Shown here: positions 35,495-45,462 of the stretch, piece by piece | Numbering within the stretch: position 1 is the stretch's first letter | Layout: each line of letters opens with the position of its first letter | Assembly (NCBI GenBank): GCA_963555825.3 | Contig: CAUVXB020000002.1 | Coordinates: 544,001 to 608,000, forward strand | From: Alphaproteobacteria bacterium | Lineage (GTDB): Bacteria > Pseudomonadota > Alphaproteobacteria > JAAXGF01 | DNA length: 64,000 nucleotides | Direction of reading: 5' to 3' | Notes under the pieces: generated by a model | Told to the model about the DNA's origin: nothing | Seen by the model: the letters and a program-made list of their open reading frames with translations, nothing else | Database searches by the model: none | Position numbers and translations under genes: made by a program

Positions 35495-35735
35495 ATTTCT
35501 GACGTTTCGCAGGCGGACTCACGGGTAGAAGCCGCGGCGCGGACCTCGCCCGCGAAAGTCTTCCTCATCTTCCTACGGTTGGGGTGTACGTCGTTTGGCG
35601 GGCCAGTCGCACATCTCGGCTATTTCCGTGACGAGTTTGTCGGCCGGCGGAATTGGATCGATGAACGCGCATATGCCGATCTAGTGGCCCTCTGCCAGTT
35701 CCTGCCTGGACCGGCGTCGAGTCAGGTCGGTATTG
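35495..35735 (+). pseudogene. chrA: Chromate transporter ChrA N-terminal fragment
   Basis: FLRLGCTSFGGPVAHLGYFRDEFV...LCQFLPGPASSQVG; ATT at the expected start position; truncated by IS21. Absent from the ORF track. Confidence 0.88.
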
Positions 35736-36710
35736 TGAGAACGGCAGAGCAATAATCCCCCACTGAAGCGGCCGGTCGATCCGGCTGCGGCGGACCAAAA
35801 TGGGACCGCGTATAGCCTTCTGTCAGGGTTGCTCTGACTGGAAGGCGGGGGGGGGGGGGGGATGTATCGGGTGGAGTTGTACGCACGGGTTCGGCGGGCG
35901 TGTCATGTCGAGGGGATGAGCACCCGCGAGGCCTCGCGGGTGTTTGGTGTAGACCGCAAGACGGTCCGTAAGATGCTGTCGTTCTCGGTGCCGCCAGGGT
36001 ATCGCCGAAGCGCGCCGCCGAGGCGGCCAAAGCTGGGTCCGTTCACGGGAATCATCGATCGGATCTTGGAAGACGATCGGACCAGCCACCGCAAGCAACG
36101 GCACACTGCGAAGCGCATCTTCGACCGCCTCCGGGACGAGTACGGTTTCACGGGCGGCTACACCATCGTGAAGGACTACGTTCGTGAGCAGGGGCTTCGG
36201 TCGCGTGAGGTGTTCGTGCCACTCTCCCATTCCCCCGGTCACGCCCAGGCGGACTTCGGCGAAGCGATGGCGGTGATCGGCGGCGCGTTACGGAAGATCC
36301 ACTTCCTTGCCTTCGACCTTCCCCACAGTGATGGTTGCTTTGTTGCGGCCTATCCGGCGGAGACGACCGAAGCATTCTGCGATGGCCACAACGCGGCGTT
36401 TGCCTTCTTCGGCGGCGTCCCCCGATCCATCCTGTACGACAACACCAAGCTGGCGGTTGCCCGGATCCTGGGCGATGGGAAGCGGCAGCGAACGCGCGTC
36501 TTCACGGAGCTTCAGTCCCACTATCTGTTCGAGGACAGGTTCGGCCGGCCGGGCAAGGGCAACGACAAGGGCAAGGTCGAGGGACTGGTCGGCTTCATCC
36601 GGCGGAACTTCCTGGTCCCCGTCCCGCGTGCCGAGAGCTTCGCGGCCCTCAACGATGCTCTCGCCGAACAGTGCCGCCGGCGCCAGGCGGCGCGGCTGCG
36701 GGGCCACAAG

Positions 36711-38234
36711 ATGCTATGAGGCTGAAGGACGCAGCCTCAAGCTCCTTCGATTATTTCAACCTCGATCAGAAGGAGCGACACGATGGCACAGTTTCCGGTA
36801 TCGACCTCCAATGAACACGCTATTTATGCGGCACTGGAGTTGAGCAAGAACAGCTGGCTTTTGGCGATCCAGGCTCCGGGGCGGGGCAATCCGAGCTTGC
36901 ATCCGATCAAGGGCGGCGACGCTGAAGGACTGATGGCCAAGCTGGACGCGGCGCGGGACCGGGTGGTCAAGGTGACGGGTCGAACGCCGACGATAACGCT
37001 GTGCTACGAGGCCGGCTACGACGGCTTCTGGTTGGCGCGGTTCCTCGAGCAGCGCGGCATCGAGTGTCTGGTCATGGAGCCGGCCAGCTTGCGGGTCAAC
37101 CGCCGGGCGCGGCGGGTGAAGACCGACCGCATCGATGTCGAGAATATTCTTCATACGCTGATCGCCTGGTGCCGCGGCGAGCGTCATGTCTGCTCCATGG
37201 TGGTGATTCCGAGCGTCGCGGAGGAGGACCTTCGCCGCTCTCATCGGGAACGTGACCGATTGGTCCGCGAGCGAACCGCCCACATCAACCGGATCAAGGG
37301 TCTGCTATTCGGTCAGGGCATTCGCGGCATCAATGTCAAGGCGCGCTACAAGACCTTGACACCGGCGGCGCTGGTCACCGGAGACGGCCGACCCCTGCCG
37401 GACCGTCTCGGCCGCGAGATCGCGCGGGAGATCGCGAGACTGGCCCAGGTCCAAGCGCAGATCGTCGAGGTCGAGCGTGAGCGTGATCAAGCGCCGACAC
37501 CGTGTGTGGCCACGGAAAGCAAGCGTCACCAGCTGCTGCGCTTAAAGGGCCTCGGCCCGGCCTTATCCACGACGCTCGCACGGGAAGTCTATTATCGCCA
37601 GTTCGCCAATCGCCGACAGGTGGCAAGCTATATCGGGATCACGCCCAGTGCCTATGACAGCGGCGACGGGCGCCGCAGCCAAGGCATCTCCAAGGCGGGC
37701 AATCGGCTGGCACGGGTTGCCATGATCGAAGCCGCATGGCTTTGGGTCCGCCATCAACCCGATAGCGCTCTGACCCAGTGGTTCCATGACCGCACCCAAG
37801 GTCAGAAGGGGCGCATCAGGCGCGTCATGATCGTCGCCCTGGCCCGCAAACTGGCGATCGCGCTTTGGCGGTATCTGGAAACCGGGCTGATCCCGGTGGG
37901 TGCTGTCGTCAAATAGGACTGCGGATCAGCTCAGCGTTCTAACGGGCTTCATTCCCCGATGGGAACGCTTGTTGGCAGGTTGGATGTGTGACTGCATGTC
38001 TCCTTGGCGAAGGTGCCGTCCACAAGATTAGTCCCATCCCCGTCCTGTGATGGTCCATGTATACAGCATTGTGGCAAGCCGGATCGGAGCTGCCGGATAT
38101 AAGGTGATGCGATCACTCGCACGAAACACGGAACTCATCGCAAGACCCGCCCTGGATACAAAGCCATAACCAATGGAAGAGACGATCATGTGGCGTAGAT
38201 TAAATCCACCTTGACAGCAAACGCCTCATATAAG
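36711..38234 (+). mobile_element. IS110-family (IS1111-type) element
   Basis: Subterminal IRs TATGAGGC/GCCTCATA, AAG core shared with the target, ~315-bp 3' non-coding end. Confidence 0.88.
36783..37916 (+). CDS. IS110-family recombinase
   Basis: LELSK, CYEAG, KTDRID, SGDGRRSQGISKAGN and ALARKL motifs. Confidence 0.92.
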   Translation: MAQFPVSTSNEHAIYAALELSKNSWLLAIQAPGRGNPSLHPIKGGDAEGLMAKLDAARDRVVKVTGRTPTITLCYEAGYDGFWLARFLEQRGIECLVMEPASLRVNRRARRVKTDRIDVENILHTLIAWCRGERHVCSMVVIPSVAEEDLRRSHRERDRLVRERTAHINRIKGLLFGQGIRGINVKARYKTLTPAALVTGDGRPLPDRLGREIAREIARLAQVQAQIVEVERERDQAPTPCVATESKRHQLLRLKGLGPALSTTLAREVYYRQFANRRQVASYIGITPSAYDSGDGRRSQGISKAGNRLARVAMIEAAWLWVRHQPDSALTQWFHDRTQGQKGRIRRVMIVALARKLAIALWRYLETGLIPVGAVVK

Positions 38235-38881
38235 GAGACCATCGGCGAGCGTCTCGAGCGGGATCGTCAAGTTCTCTTGCCATTGCCGCCTGCTCCCTAT
38301 GATGCCTGCGATAAGCGCCCTGGACGGGCGAGTTCGCTGTCGCTGGTGCGTTACCGCAGCAACGACTATTCCGTGCCCGTGGCCTACGGCCACCGTGAGG
38401 TGCTCATCCGGGGCTACGTCGATGAGGTGGTGATCAGCTGCGGGGCCGAGGTGATCGCCCGGCACCGCCGGTCCTACGACAGCGAGGACCTGATCTTCGA
38501 CCCGCTGCATTACCTGCCCTTGATCGAGCAGAAGATCGGCGCCCTCGACCAGGCCGCGCCATTGGCGGGCTGGGACCTGCCCGAGGCCTTCATCACTCTG
38601 CGGCGGCTCCTCGAAGCTCGTATGGGCAAGGCAGGCAAGCGCGAGTACGTCCAGGTGCTCCGTCTACTGGAGACCTTCCGGCTCGAGGAGGTCGAGGGTG
38701 CGGTCGGCGACGCCCTGCGGCTCGGCGCAATCGGCTTTGATGCGGTGAAGCACCTGGTACTGTGCCGCATCGAGCGGCGGCCGCCCAGGCTCAACCTCGA
38801 CGTCTATCCGTATCTGCCGCGCGCCCGGGTCGCGATGACGTCCGCCAAGTCGTACATGAGCCTGCTGTCGGGGCTCGGCGC

Positions 38882-39646
38882 ATGACCGACACACCGCAAG
38901 TGCTGCTCGCCCACCACCTCAAGACGCTGAAGCTGCCGACCTTCCTGCGCGAGTACGACAAGATCGCCCGGCAGTGCGCCTCGGAAGGCGTCGATCACGT
39001 CCGCTACCTGTTGAGACTCGCCGAGCTCGAGCTGATCGACCGCGAGCGCCGCATGGTCGAGCGGCGCATCAAGGCGGCGCGCTTCCCCGTGGTCAAGAGC
39101 CTCGACAGCTTCGACTTCAAGGTCATCCCCTCGCTCAACAAGGCGCTGGTCCTGGAGCTGGCCCGCTGCGAGTACATCGAGCGCCGCGAGAACCTCATCG
39201 CGCTCGGCAACAGTGGGACCGGCAAGACCCACATCGCCCTCGGTCTCGGCCTGGCGGCCTGCCAGAAGGGCCTCTCGGTCGGCTTCATCACCGCCGCCGC
39301 GCTGGTCCACGAACTCATCGAGGCCCGCGATGACAAGCAGCTGCTGAGGTTCCAGAAGAAGCTCGCCACCTACAAGCTTCTGATCGTCGACGAACTCGGC
39401 TTCGTGCCGCTGTCGAAGACCGGCGCCGAGCTGTTGTTCGAGGTGTTCAGCCAACGCTACGAGCGGGGCTCGACCCTGGTCACCACCAATCTGCCCTTCG
39501 ACGAATGGACCGAGGTGTTCGGCTCCGAGCGCCTCACCGGCGCGCTCCTCGATCGCCTCACCCACCACGTCAACATCCTCGAGATGAACGGTGACAGCTA
39601 CAGGCTCAACCAGAGCCGCAGGCGTCAAACCCCGACTGCTAACTGA
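38882..39646 (+). CDS. istB: IS21 helper ATPase IstB (copy 3)
   Basis: Translation identical to 25859-26623. Confidence 0.92.
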   Translation: MTDTPQVLLAHHLKTLKLPTFLREYDKIARQCASEGVDHVRYLLRLAELELIDRERRMVERRIKAARFPVVKSLDSFDFKVIPSLNKALVLELARCEYIERRENLIALGNSGTGKTHIALGLGLAACQKGLSVGFITAAALVHELIEARDDKQLLRFQKKLATYKLLIVDELGFVPLSKTGAELLFEVFSQRYERGSTLVTTNLPFDEWTEVFGSERLTGALLDRLTHHVNILEMNGDSYRLNQSRRRQTPTAN

Positions 39647-39837
39647 ACCGACCACCCAGCCCACGCTTGACCCCGTGGGCCCACAGGTCCCTCCCGCGCG
39701 CGCCGCCGCGTCAGCCTGTTGAGGGCACGCCGCGTCGCGCGCGGGGCCCTCCCGTGGACTACGGGGACAAGCCCGCAGCCGCCAAGCGGTCCCTTCTTAC
39801 ACCGCCGAGGTGGTCCCTTTTTGCTCCGCCATTGACA

Positions 39838-42753
39838 ACGGTGACGGTCACGCTGAGCCCAAGCGGCGCGGGTGCCTCGAGTCTGAGCACGGACCCGCAG
39901 ACCCTGACGTTCACCGCCTTGAGCTGGAACACGGCGGAAACAGTGACCGTCTCGGCCGCAAACGACTCCGACGCCAACGACGAGACAGGCGCAATCGGGC
40001 ACACAGGGTCCGGAGCCGACTACGCAGGGCTACACAGCGATCTCGACGTGACCATCCTCGACAACACCGGAGGACCGATCGTCACCGCAGTAACGATCTC
40101 GCCAACACCCCCCGGAGCGAGCGCGGTCGCCAGGAGCCCGAGGACAAAGGACGAACTCGCGGCGCTGCCCGCAAACGCAGTGCACGGACCCGGAGCAAGG
40201 CTCGTGTTCACCGTGACGTTCAGCAGGGCAGTCACCGTGGTACCTGATCCGAACACCGGAGCAAAACCTGAGCTGAAGCTCGACATCTTCGGGCGCACAC
40301 ACACGGCACGCTACAGCGGGGGGTCGGGCACGACACAGCTCAGGTTCGGATGGACGGCGTCGCAGGGCGACTACGATCCAGACGGACCGAGCATAGACGA
40401 ACTCACAGAGAACGGAGCGAAGATCGAGGACGGAACCGGACGGGAAGCGAACCTCACAGGAGCGAAGCAAAGCAACCTTCAAGCGCATCGAGTGCGAGGC
40501 GGCTTCTACAACATGCGGATCAGCGCAGAGAGCACCAGCGTGCGCGAGGGCGACGACCTCGAGATCAGAGTAACCAGAAGCGGGGAGCACGACGAGACAG
40601 CGCACGCGTCGGTGAGGGTGACCGACAGCGGACTGCCCCAAGAGAGCAGGACCAGCGTGCTCTCGTTCCCGTTCAACTTTGACAGCGAGAACGCACGTCA
40701 AGCGGTATCGACAAATCGCATCACGGTGCCTGGAGACGGTGTGATGAACAACGACCGCACGATCACGCTCGAGATTACCTACGCGGATTTCGGAAACCAA
40801 TGGTACGAGATCGGACCGCCCGCTTCGGCGAGCGTCGCGGTCACGGAGAACAACCTCGGAGAGAACGCACCGGTGCTGTCGGTAGGACCGGCAGATGCGC
40901 ACGAGGTGCCGGGGGCAACGCTCAATTTCGAGGTGAGTCTCAACAAGACACCGGACGAAATGGTCACCGTCGATTACACGACGCGCGACGGAACGGCAAC
41001 CGTGGCCGACGGTGATTACGTCGAGAGGAGCGGAACGCTGACGTTCGAGGGGACCGAGACAGAGCACACGGTGGCCGTGGAAGTGCTTCCTGATGCGCAC
41101 GACGAGGGGAGGGAAACCGTATGGCTCGTGCTGTCGAACCCGCAAGGCGCCGTGATCGGGCGGGGCGAGAACTACGGCCATATCCACAATGACGGACCAA
41201 TCCCGAAGGCGTGGATCGCGCGCTTCGGGCGCACGGTGGCCGAACAGGTGCTGGAGGCGGTCGAGGGCCGGATGCGCGCGGCGCCGGCGCCCGGCGCCGA
41301 GGTCGCGCTCGCCGGCGAGCGGATCGGGGCGCAGTCCCCGGATCGGGGTCCGGGGCAAGCCGAGCCCGGCAGCGACGCGGAACGGGAGGCCCGGCGGGAA
41401 GAGGAGGCCCGGCGCGATACGCAGCGCCTCGCCGGCTGGCTGCAGGGCGAGACCGACCCGGAGGAGGCGCAGCGTCTCAGGTCCCGCGCGGTGACGCCGC
41501 GCGACCTGCTGACCGGCTCGTCTTTCGCGCTGACCGCGGAGACGGCCGGCAAGGACCTGGTCTCGCTCTGGGGCCGGGGCGCGGTGACGCGCTTCGACGG
41601 GCGCGAGGGCGATCTCATGCTGGACGGCGAGGTCGTGACCGGCATGCTCGGCGCCGACTGGACGGGCGGGCGCTGGACCGCCGGTCTGATCGTCTCCCAC
41701 AGCACCGCCGAGGGCGGGTATTCCGGGGCGCCGGACGCCGGGGACGCCGGCAGCGGCGGCAAGGTCGAGGCGACCCTGACCGGCCTCTTCCCCTGGGCGC
41801 GCCATGCGCTCTCGGAGCGGCTGGAGGCCTGGGGCGCGGCCGGCTACGGCCAGGGCGAGCTGACGGTGACGCCGAAGGCGCCGGGGACCGGCGGGGACGG
41901 CCCGGCGATCCACGCCGACCTCGACCTCCGGATGGCGGCGGTGGGCTTGCGCGGCGTGCTGCTGGATCCCGAATCGGGGTCCGGCTTCCAGCTGACCGGC
42001 AAGACCGACGCGATGGTCGTGCAGACGGCGTCGGGGCGGGGGCGCAGCGCCGACGGCGGCAGGCTCGAACCGGCCCGGGCGACGGTGACCCGGCTGCGTC
42101 TCGGGCTGGAGGCGGTGCGGCCGGTCGGGCTCGGCGGCGGGGCGACCCTGACGCCGCGCCTGGAGATCGGGGTGCGCCACGACGGCGGCGACGCCGAGAC
42201 CGGCGTCGGCCTCGACCTCGGCGGCGGGCTTGCGCTCAGCGACCCGAAGCGCGGCCTCCAGGCCGAGCTCAGCGGGCGCGGGCTGCTCGCCCACCAGTCG
42301 ACGGGCTTCCGCGACCTCGGCTTCTCGGGTTCGCTCGCCTGGGAAGGCAAGTCCGGCTCGGACCGGGGGGCGAAGCTGAGGCTGACCCAGACGGTCGGCG
42401 GGTCGTCCGCGGGCGGCGCCGATGCGCTCCTGTCGCGCACCACGCTGGAAGGGCTGGCGGCGAACGACAACGGCGAGGGCGGCAACGACGAGCTGAAGAG
42501 CCGGCGGCTGGAGCTGAAGTTCGGCTACGGCCTGTCGGCCTTCGGCGACCGTTTCACCTGGACGCCGGAGGTTGGCGTCGGCCTGTCGGACACCGGGCGC
42601 GACTACAGCCTCAGCTGGCGCCTGGTGCGCGGCGGGTCCGGCAGCGACGGCGGCGCGCTCGAACTCTCCTTCGAGGCGCGCCGGCGCGAGAGCGCCAACG
42701 ACGACACGGACCCGGTGCACGAGGTCGGTCTCCGTCTGACGGCGCGCTTCTGA
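39838..42753 (+). pseudogene. 5'-truncated surface protein with Ig-like/Calx-beta repeats and a C-terminal autotransporter-like beta-barrel
   Basis: VTVDYTTRDGTATVADGDYVERSGTLTF Calx-beta motif; AWIARFGRTVAEQV linker; amphipathic C-terminus ending in F. The 5' end is replaced by IS21. Confidence 0.8.
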
Positions 42754-42924
42754 TGGGGTCCGGGCGGGTGTTGTCGGCAGTTTTCCTTTCGCGATTTCTT
42801 CCTCAGCGATATCACCGCCGAAGGCCCTGCGGCAAGGAGGGGAAGCATGGTGCGCGCGCGACGCGTGACCCTTCACGAGTCGGAGCGACGGTTCTACCGC
42901 GCGAAGCGCGGCCCCCTCCCGCTT

Positions 42925-43096
42925 TCATTGTTTGGCTCCAGCACCGGCTTCATCGATGCGCATGGACGTGCCGTGCAGCTCGAAGCGTATGGCGCCATGA
43001 ACGAGACGGTCGAGGATGGCGTCTGCCAGGGTGGGATCGTTGAGCTGGCGGTGCCAGTCGGCGACGGGCAACTGACTGGTGACGATCACCGAGCGG
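42925..43096 (-). pseudogene. istB: IstB C-terminal remnant of a different IS21
   Basis: [12 protein letters not shown]...[14 protein letters not shown]...LHGTSMR. Confidence 0.75.
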
Positions 43097-43225
43097 CGGC
43101 TGACGCGGTCCGGTTCCGGGCCGGGGTCTCTGGAGCTTTCGCTTGAGGCGCGCCGGCGCGAGAGAGCCAATGACAACACCCCGCCCGAGCACGGGTTCGT
43201 GCTCACGGTGACTGCGCGCTGGTAG
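43097..43225 (+). pseudogene. Relic last beta-strands of a second autotransporter-like gene
   Basis: [42 protein letters not shown]-stop, paralogous to 42618-42753. Confidence 0.75.
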
Positions 43226-43251
43226 CGGGATTAGCAAGCGGGAGACATGGG

Positions 43252-43536
43252 ATGAACCGATCGGAACTGGTCCGGCAGGTGGCCGTGCAAACGGGCTTGG
43301 ACCCGGCGGCGGCGGATGCGGCGGTGAAAGCCGCGCTCGGAGCGGTCGCCGGCGCGCTGGCGCGGGGCGAGACGGTACGGCTTGTGGGGTTCGGGGCGTT
43401 CGGCGTGCGCTCGCGCCCGGCGCGCACGGCGCGCAATCCCGCGACCGGCGCGAGCATCGCCGTGCCGGCGTCGCGGTCGGTGTCGTTCCGGGCCGGCAAG
43501 GGGCTCCGGGACGCGGTGAACCGGACGGCCGGGTAG
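43252..43536 (+). CDS. HU/IHF-family DNA-binding protein
   Basis: MNRSELV, VRLVGFGAF, ARNPATG and FRAGKGLRDAVN motifs. Confidence 0.92.
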   Translation: MNRSELVRQVAVQTGLDPAAADAAVKAALGAVAGALARGETVRLVGFGAFGVRSRPARTARNPATGASIAVPASRSVSFRAGKGLRDAVNRTAG

Positions 43537-43722
43537 CCGTGGCGGGGGCGGACGGACCGGGTTGCGGCTTCAGGGCGGGGCTTCGGCCCCCGCGGGAAGG
43601 CGGTCTGCGAACGACCGGCGCGGATCGCTGCGCCGCGCCAGGTCTTGCGGCACTGCCTTGGGCGACATTGGGCGGCGGCGTTGAATGATATTGGCGTGCG
43701 ACACTGGTGATGTTCGGCAGCT

Positions 43723-44536
43723 GTGCCGGACCCGGGCCGCGCAGTGCGGAACCGGTGCCGGGCAGTGAGGCGCCGGGGCCGTAAACGGGCCGCGAAGGAG
43801 ACCGTTGACGGGTTTCGGGCGTGGCTGTTTCTCAGACACGTCGAGACTTATCTGGCGGCGTGGCGGGTGCACTCCGTCCTGCCCGCTCTCGAGCCGGTCT
43901 TCGAGCCCGGTCCCTTCCCGATCCGCATCCAGACGGCGGCGGATCTGGAGGCCGCCCGGTTCGATGTTCTGGCGTGGGCGGACCCCGACGCGGACGGACC
44001 GGCGCCGCCCTTCTGGGTTCAATCGAAGATGGCGGAAGGCGTGCTTGAGCCGGACGCGGAGCCCCTGGTTGCAGAGGTTGCGGCCGACGGGGGCGCGGTC
44101 GAGGGGCTGCGCCTGGCCGGCGGCGACCTGGTGCTCAAGATCGAGTGGGTCGGCGCGGTCGTGCAGATCCGGATCCGGGGCTCCGCGCCGTTCCCCGAGG
44201 ACGGCGGGATCGACATTCGTCACCGCTTCGCGCTGCGGATGCCGCCGACGATGGGACGAATGGTCGACTTCTGGAGCGTGGCGGGCCTGCCGGCCCCTCG
44301 GTTGGGGCGGGTCGGGGGGCGAGGATCGGGCTCTTGTGAAGGCGCTGGACGGACTGCGGGCCGGTAAGACGCCGCGCCAGATTGCCGTGGACATCTACGG
44401 GGCGGACGAGGTGGCCGCCGAGTGGTACAGCGACGGCGGGATGCGCTCGCAGGTCAGGCGGTGGATCGACAAGGCCAGCGCCCTGGCGGACGGCGGCTGG
44501 CGCGACCTGGTGCCGCGCCATGGGCCCGTCGGGTGA
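43723..44536 (+). CDS. FseA-like DUF6499-DUF2285 transcriptional activator, split by a +1 frameshift near 44290-44325
   Basis: Frame 1 has AWLFLRH..Y.AAW and AARFDVLAWADP...PFW; the +1 frame has ALDGLRAGKTPRQIAVDIYG...MRSQVRR...GGWRDLV. Confidence 0.7.
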
Positions 44537-44544
44537 CCGCGTTC

Positions 44545-44793
44545 GGGAGGCGTGCCGGCCTTTCGGACGGGTCGGGAACGGGGGGCGAAGATTGGGAGGA
44601 CTGCAAGTTCGTGAAGGAGCTGGACGGGCAGCGGGAGGACAAGGCGGCCCGCGAGGTCGCCGAGGTCATCTTCGGGCCGGCGGTCGAGGCCGAGTGGCGC
44701 TGCGACGGCGGGATGCGCTCGCAGGTCAGGCGGCAGATCGCCACGGCGCGCGCCCGCAACGGCGGCGGCCGGCGCGATCTCGTGACCCCGTAA
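44545..44793 (+). pseudogene. Degenerate tandem copy of the DUF2285 C-terminal module
   Basis: ELDGQREDKAAREVAEVIFG...DGGMRSQVRR; CGACGGCGGGATGCGCTCGCAGGTCAGGCGG is shared with 44431-44461. Confidence 0.7.
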
Positions 44794-44819
44794 CGGGGCG
44801 GAGGATTGATCGGGTGCGG

Positions 44820-45315
44820 GCGACGATCTCGGCCTCGGCGGCCGTGGCCACCGGCGCGTCGTAATAGGTCGAGCGTGGCAGGCCCATCAGTCGGCATCCT
44901 TGGGCGATGGAGAGACCATCGGGCCGGCAATCACGGATGTAGTCGCGCTTCTCGGCCGGGGTGCGCTTTTCAGAGCCCCTTTTAGAAACTCGATCTCCAG
45001 CGCCTGCCGGCCGACCAGGCGCTCGAGGGCAGCGATTTTCGCCTCGTATTCCTGCAGGAGATCGGCAGCCTCGGCATCTTCGTCGTAGGTGCCGGCTTCC
45101 AGCTTCGCCACCCAGACACGGATCAAGTTACGCGAGACGTCGTGGCGCCGGGAGAGCCCGTGAAGGCTCTCCCCGGCGAGAAACTCCTGCGCCACCTGCC
45201 GCTTGAATTCGATACTGTATGTGCGGTGCTTTGCCATGGCTTTCATCCTCTGAAAGCCCGGCGTCCCCGGTCAACTCCTTATACATCACCTGTCCGGGTC
45301 CAGGGGCGCACTCCA
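44820..45315 (-). mobile_element. IS3-family remnant (orfA 44887-45237 plus the start of orfB)
   Basis: YSIEFKRQV HTH, LERLVGRQALEIEFLKGA, orfB GLPRSTYY; TG-starting end at 45315. Confidence 0.82.
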
Positions 45316-45462
45316 ATGACGGGGGTCAATATTGAGAGCCGATTGACACCCTGGAGGAAGGCAAAGCCATCTGGAGGGAAAAGTTCGTAGCCTGAACTTA
45401 AACTGACAGACGCCGCCTCAAATCCGGCACCTGTCAGATCAGGTCTGAATTACTACATCTAA

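Larger units (their letters stand above)
35736..39837 (+). mobile_element. IS21 copy 3, istA interrupted by an IS110/IS1111 element
   Basis: Same ends as copy 1; istA halves at 35862-36710 and 38235-38885. Confidence 0.92.

Noticed and set aside
39667-39837. N-terminus of the 1028-aa ORF as a real start
   Set aside because: It lies inside the IS21 right end; the same peptide appears at 26644.
40030-42876. 948-aa minus-strand ORF
   Set aside because: Antisense shadow of the autotransporter-like gene.
45316-45460. Short IS-end-like scraps (GGGGGTCAATATTGAGAGCCGATTGACA; CTGACAG/CTGTCAG dyad)
   Set aside because: Probably IS21/IS6 end remnants, but too short to assign.
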